Origin: Octopus sinensis | Lineage: Eukaryota | Assembly: GCF_006345805.1 (NCBI RefSeq) | Contig: NC_043025.1 | Location: 3,534,001 to 3,598,000 of the forward strand | DNA: 64,000 nucleotides | Direction of reading: 5' to 3' | Shown here: piece after piece, positions 57,588 to 64,000 of the stretch | Numbering within the stretch: the stretch's first letter is position 1 | How the letters are laid out: the number at the start of each line of letters is the position of its first letter | Position numbers and translations under genes: made by a program | The notes under the pieces: generated by a model | What the model was told of the DNA's origin: nothing | Databases searched by the model: none | What the model saw: the letters and a program-made list of their open reading frames with translations, nothing else

Positions 57588-58693
57588 GCATACAAACATA
57601 CATACATACATACATACATGCATACACACATACATACATACATATATAAAAACATATATACACACATACATACACATATACTCACATACATACATACAGA
57701 CATACATACACACACACACAAACATACACACATACACACACACATTACATACATACACACATACATACATGTGTGTATGTATGTACGTGTGAATGTACTT
57801 ATGTATGCATGTATGTGTATATATATCTATGCGTGTACGTATATAGATATCTGTGTACATATATATATATATCTATGTGTGTATGTATGTTTTATGTACA
57901 TGTTTACGTGCGTATGTACTTATGTATGTGTGTATGTACATAGATTCATACATGCATACATTCTTACATCCATAAATACATTCATATATACATACATACA
58001 TACATTCATATATACATTCAATTATGCATACATGCATAAATACATAACTACATACATACATACAAACATACATACATACATACATACATACATACATACA
58101 TACATACATACATACATACATACATACATACATACATACATACATGCATACATGGTGGTTGTCTACTCCTTATATAGAGTTTGACCACCTCCTTACCGAC
58201 ACCTTAGCACCATTATGGTGCCTGATGTGGCTTTTCAAAAGAAAGAATATTCTGAAAAGACACCCATATAGATTCCTCCTCCAATTTGACCCACCAAGAC
58301 CTGCAGATAAATTCTGTTGTTTGTAGGTCTTAAAATGTCGCTTGAGGCCTCCGTTGGATTTGCAATCTTAATACGTTCGTCAGGGGATCATTCGATACCT
58401 TGACCCCAATATTTGTTTTGTCTCTCCTTGCATCATCACCCCATTTTCTTTACCTTATATGGTTAATAAAGAAATTGACAGTTCAGGAGTACATGCGCCA
58501 TTTCACGAGTCTTATTTTTCATCCAGCAGAGTGTCCAACAACACCCTCGTCACCAAGCAAGCCTGGTGGGGTAGCCGGTTTAGTCGCCGACGACCCGATA
58601 ATGAAACAGGTTGTACTGGGTTACATGTTCCCAATAGCACTCAAGAGCGACATACATACATAAATACATACATACATACATACATACATACAT

Positions 58694-58738
<45 letters not shown>

Positions 58739-60089
58739 TTTGATGGCCGTCCATGAACATGTATCATACATCAAAATGAAGCTGGTCCTCAGTGGATCAC
58801 ATCCCTACTCCACAACATAGTTGCCGTTTCTCTCAAAAGCAATGTTCCACCTTCGAATGACTGCATGTATCCCAGCCCTGTAAAATTCTGCTGACTGTTC
58901 TTTGAGCCATTTCTTCATTACCTCCACACTCACCAGATTTAGCACCTCAGACAATCATCTCTTCGGCGCATCAAAAGAGAGTTTGAGAGGCAAACATTAT
59001 ACCAGTGACGAGGAAGTAAGAAATGTGGTGAAGAAGTGGCTCAAAGAACATTCAACAGAATTTTACAGGTCAGGAATACATACTCTCATTCGAAGAAGGA
59101 ACATTGCTTTTGAGAGAAACGGTAACTATATCAAAGAGTAGGGTGTGATCCACTGGGGCCAAGATTCATTTTGATGTATGATACATGTTCCTGTGTTGGT
59201 AATAATACCTTTCCTAAACAAAATGGCAATACTTTTTGACACAGCCTCGTACGTACATACATATATACATTCATACAAACATACATACATAAATACGTAC
59301 ACAAATATCCACATACATACACATATACATACAAACATATATACACACATACATATACATATGCATACATACGTACATACACACACACATATAGATACAT
59401 ACACTCATACATACACAAATACATGTATATATACACATATATGTACACACATATACATATATGCACACATACATACACATATATATATACACACACATAC
59501 GTATACACAAAAACATGCAATCTTACATACACACATACATGCACACATATGTACACACATACATATATACGAACGTATATACGTACACACATATACGCTT
59601 GCTACATACATACATACATACATACATACGTACATACGCACATACATATATACATACATACGCACATACATTCATAAACACACACACATATGTACATACA
59701 CGCATGCATACATACATAAATACATACACACAGACATACGTACGCAGATACATAGATACATACATTTAAACATACATGCATAAACACAGTAATACATATA
59801 TACATCCACACGTACACACATATATATGTACATACATGTGTACATACACACATACATATGCTCATAGATGCATACATACGAGCATGCATACATACATAGG
59901 CACCTACATGCAAGTATACATCTATACATATATACATACACACATGCATTTCTACATATACACACATACATACACACATACATACATATATAAATGCATG
60001 CATACATTACAAACCTACACACATACTTAGTTGCATACAAGCATATACATGCATGCATGTGTACATACATAGATACAGTACTTACTTTT

Positions 60090-63000
60090 ATGGCAGCCCC
60101 CTTTTTATCGAGTATGGCCATAGCACGAAGCTTAACTGTTACTGGTTCTGTGATCGAATGTGACTTTTTAGCCCAGCCAAAGATCTACAATGTCTTGTAC
60201 AGAATTGGCAGCTATAACCTTTTCTGGTAATAGTCGGATGTAGTTGTAACTGGGCTTCATGTACCTTTGCATGTCGTGTAAGTCCTCCTGCTGAATTACA
60301 CTCTCTTCCACATGCCCGACAGATATGATTAGTATGGTGTGTTACACCACCACCAGTGGCCAGGTTGTCACTCATCTGTCTCGTTTTATGACTACGAAGA
60401 TGACTCATGAGTCCAGCTTTACTGAGGCAGGGTCTTGCACATATATTGCATGTCAGAATCAAAGGAAGACCCTTCCCTTCTGGAAGTGTAACAGCGATGC
60501 CTTTCCTGACATCTCTCCTTACTTTCTCATGTGCAACTCGAGATTTCTCAAAAGTGGCTGTCCCCTCATGCACAATCCTTCTCCACCTGCTACGATCAAT
60601 GCCTTCCCATGTGTCAGGAGAGATGCAAGCATCTCTTAAGGAAGCCTTCAGCAAGTACTTATATCTCTTTTTTGGTTTATGTGGAGGTCGTTCTCCTTTA
60701 GCTAATCCATCTGAGCCTTTGCTTTAACACGAGATCTTCTATACTTTCACAACGAGAGCCTTCGAGTATTTCAAGATCACTGATGCGGTCCTTCCACTTA
60801 ATGCCATAGATCCGTCTGAGGCACATCTGATGGAAACGGTCCAGTTGTTTAAGGTGGTATCGATATGCGACCCACGTCTCGCAGGCATAGAGAATAAAAG
60901 GGAGCACACATGCCTTGTACACCTTTATCTTTGTCTTTCTGCATATATCTCGCCGACTCCAGAGGCGCTTTTCTAGCCTTCCGAAAGCATCACTTGCTTT
61001 CCTAATTCTATATGGAATTTTATCATCCACATTGCCTATCTATTAATAGTGCTTCCCAGGTAGACAAACTGATCGACTACATCAAGTCGTTTACCATTCA
61101 CATAGATATTTGGTACACTATCCTGCTTACCAGGGGCAGGTTGATGCATGACATCAGTTTTCTTGAAATTGACTGTCAATCCTGAGGCAGTGCAAGCATC
61201 AGAGAATGCATTCAAAATGTGTTGCATATCAATTTCTGTGTGTGCTACTAGCTCACAATCATCAGCATACAAAAGGTCTCTTATGATAGAGGTAAATATC
61301 TTTGTTTTTGCAGTAAGGCACCTGCTATTAAATATGCTGCCAGAGGTTCGATAATGGACGTAAACACCGTATCTGCAGTCTCTGAATGCAATACAGGACA
61401 CCATCGCGAAATATATGGAAAATAGGGTCGGTGTCAGAATATCCCCCTGTTTCACTCCATTTTGTATTGAAATGGGCTCCGACATTTTCCCTCTAACATT
61501 CACCCTACCATTCATGTCTTCATGAAAAGATCTAACCAAACCAAAGCAAGGAACTTTTCAGGACACCCAAGTTTCTGGAGGACTTTCCACAATGCTTTTC
61601 TATTGACGCTATCACAGGCTTTTGTCAGATCGACAAAAACCTGATACAAATCCAGACCCTGTTCCACACACTTTTCCTGAAGCTGAAAAAAGATCATATC
61701 AGCAGTGTCACGTCCCACACGAAAGCCAGATTGACTTTCTGGAAGAACACAATCTGCAATGTATTTCAGCAGACGATCCAGAAGTATCCTGCATAAAAAC
61801 TTTCCTACAGCAGGCAGCAATGATACTCCCCTATAATTACCACAATCATTCCTGTTGCCCTTTCCCTTATACAGGACCACCATTACTGTATCTCTCTAGT
61901 CCTCAGGTAGAGGTTCACTAGTCCATATCTTACCAAACAAAGAGTGGGATTTCTGCAGAAGTTTCTCACCACCATGCTGTAACAACTCCGCATGTATGCC
62001 ATCCATACCTGGAGACTTCCCATTATTCAACCTTGAGACAGCTATTGCAACTTCTTCCAACTTTGGTGGTTCCGCGAGTGCTGCCTTCACAGGTAATCTA
62101 GGGATGCGATTGAGAACATCCTCACTAACTACAGACTGCTGATTCAAAAGTTCATCAAAGTGTTCTTGCCACCTTCTCAGAATTCCTTGTGAATCACGAA
62201 GAAGTCCTTTACCATCCCTGTTTCGAAGTGGTGTCATCAGGGAAGACGTCGGTCCATAAACTTCTCGCAAGAGACCATACAACAGCTTTGTGTTATTGGA
62301 ATCTGAAGCCGCCTGTATCTCATCAGCCTTCTTACTCCACCACGTATCCCTCATCTGAGAGAGCCTTTGCCTCACACGTGATTTTACGTCCTTGAGTTCC
62401 CTATGCAACACTTCCCTTTCCTGTGGCTTTGCTGACAAATAGCGTGACAAAGTACGTCTTTTATCAGCCAATAAATCTTCTATATGTTCATCATTTTCTT
62501 TGAACCAATCTTGATGCTTTCTTTGTATCAATCCCAGAACTTCCTTGCCTATATCATAAACTGACTTTTTAAGGGTCGGCCAATCCTCCCCAATATCTGC
62601 AGCATTCATTTCCTCTCGTAAAGTACTCTTCACACTATTATACCTAAGACGATCAACATTCAGTTGTCATCCCTGCAGCTCGGATTTTATGTTTTGTGAC
62701 TAATTTCACTTTTGCGCGTACTAGGCGGTGGTTAGTCCAACACTCAGCTCCACGAAGAACACAAACACACTGCACATCCTGTCTGTCACGCACCCTAACT
62801 AGGCTGTAATCCAGAATATGCCATTCTTTAGATGCAGGGTGCATCCATGTAGTCTTAAGCTTATTCTTTTGTTGAAACATGGTATTGGTAACACACAGAC
62901 TCAGCTCCTCACACATCTGCAGCAAAAGCATGCCATTACTATTACAATTACCCACACCATGCTTTCCAATTACAGTCCATGTGTTAAAATCCCTACCCAC

Positions 63001-63910
63001 TCTAGCATTAAAGTCACCTAGTAGGATGACTTTGTCTACCCGAGGTATATTTTTTATAATGCCCTTCAATGCATGGTAGAAAGAAAGTTTTTCGTCATCA
63101 GTATAGCACATAGTTGGAGCATACACACTCACCAAGGTCATATAATTTTCTTTAGCCAAAGGAATTCTCATGGACATAAGACGGTCGTTAATTCCGATTG
63201 GTAATTCTTCCAACTTGTCCACAAGAGTAGTCTTAAAAGCAAATGCCACTCCAGCTGATGTGGTCCCAGAGTCCTTACTGCCATTTATTTTTATACTGTT
63301 TTGGTACATCATTGATTTTTTATGCTTTTTAAGGTTACAGCCAGCCATGCAGTTGAGACTCACAGCACTATCAACAATCATGAATTAGTTTAATCAATCC
63401 AATGCAGTTATCGTGCAATGCCTGTGCTAGAAGGGTTTTTTTTTAAATGTGAGGAAAGGCTGTGCACTGAGTCAATCCCACTCACTAAGCAACAGCAGCA
63501 ATAATCCGAAAAGAAGAACAAGTCAACATCATCGGTAACCACTGAGCCGCAGGTTTTATGTCGGAGTTATCCCAGTTACCTAAGTTACCTTCTTCTAGAA
63601 GGATGCCCAAACAAAGGCTAGGAGTCCTTCACTCCCAATGGTTTAACCGCGCGATCGGGTATTCAGTCCGATTATTTCTACGTCTCCGCGCATGAAACAG
63701 CCTTAAGACATTTATTGGATGGCCGTTGACTCTCAAGAGTTCCTCCGCCCTTTGACGGGTTTTGTTTTACATCCTCCAGGGTGTCCAATAAACACCCTCC
63801 TCACCAAGCAAGCTTGGTGGGGTTGCCGCTTTAGTCGCAGACGAGCCGACCATGTAATAGGTTGTACTGGGTTACATGTTACCAGTAGCACTCGAAAGTG
63901 ACCTGGCGTA
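60090..63910 (-). mobile_element. RTE-clade LINE, paralogue of 31910-36030
   Basis: ORF fragments 63381-60139 with the same motifs and three C2H2 fingers. Confidence 0.93.
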
Positions 63911-64000
63911 ACACAAACATACATACATACATATATACATGCACACACATATATATACACACACATATATATACATACACACACACATGAATATACATAC

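Larger units (their letters stand above)
46895..64000 (-). repeat. Right arm of the composite macro-repeat, inverted relative to the left arm
   Basis: Reverse complement reads RTE-microsat-mariner-Tc1-U-microsat-Tx1-X-CR1-R4, with TE junctions shared with the left arm; ~96% identity in a sampled CR1 stretch (counted by eye). Confidence 0.88.

Noticed and set aside
46895-64000. Right arm as an uncollapsed haplotype or assembly duplicate
   Set aside because: About 4% substitutions in a sampled stretch, reciprocal indels and permuted order fit paralogy better, although the orientation still needs long-read confirmation.

Overview
Eukaryotic, AT-rich and repeat-dense window. The TE, SINE and microsatellite landscape looks like a cephalopod (Octopus-type) genome; this is inferred from recalled repeat families, not from a search. 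Only two convincing host exons are visible, both on the minus strand. One is a signal-peptide + LRRNT exon (43633-43836). The other is an adhesion-GPCR TM5-TM7 exon (164-552), with a possible further small exon at 1-47. The rest is TE debris (Penelope, CR1, RTE, Tx1/L1, R4/Dong-type, Tc1, mariner, hAT) and microsatellites. Three features stand out. (1) A 17-26 kb composite TE mosaic occurs as a cyclic unit on the left (12.4-38.7 kb) and again in inverted orientation on the right (46.9-64 kb), so the two arms flank the LRR exon. (2) Four minimal type-I hammerhead ribozyme motifs are present: one has a U3-A8 compensatory core, and two sit in a tRNA-head/(AAT)n/hammerhead SINE-like element. (3) The RTE LINE ends in three C2H2 fingers and has short non-autonomous derivatives whose tails abut the microsatellite blocks. 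A 100-N gap at 38673-38772 limits long-range conclusions. TE boundaries and identities are estimated by eye.
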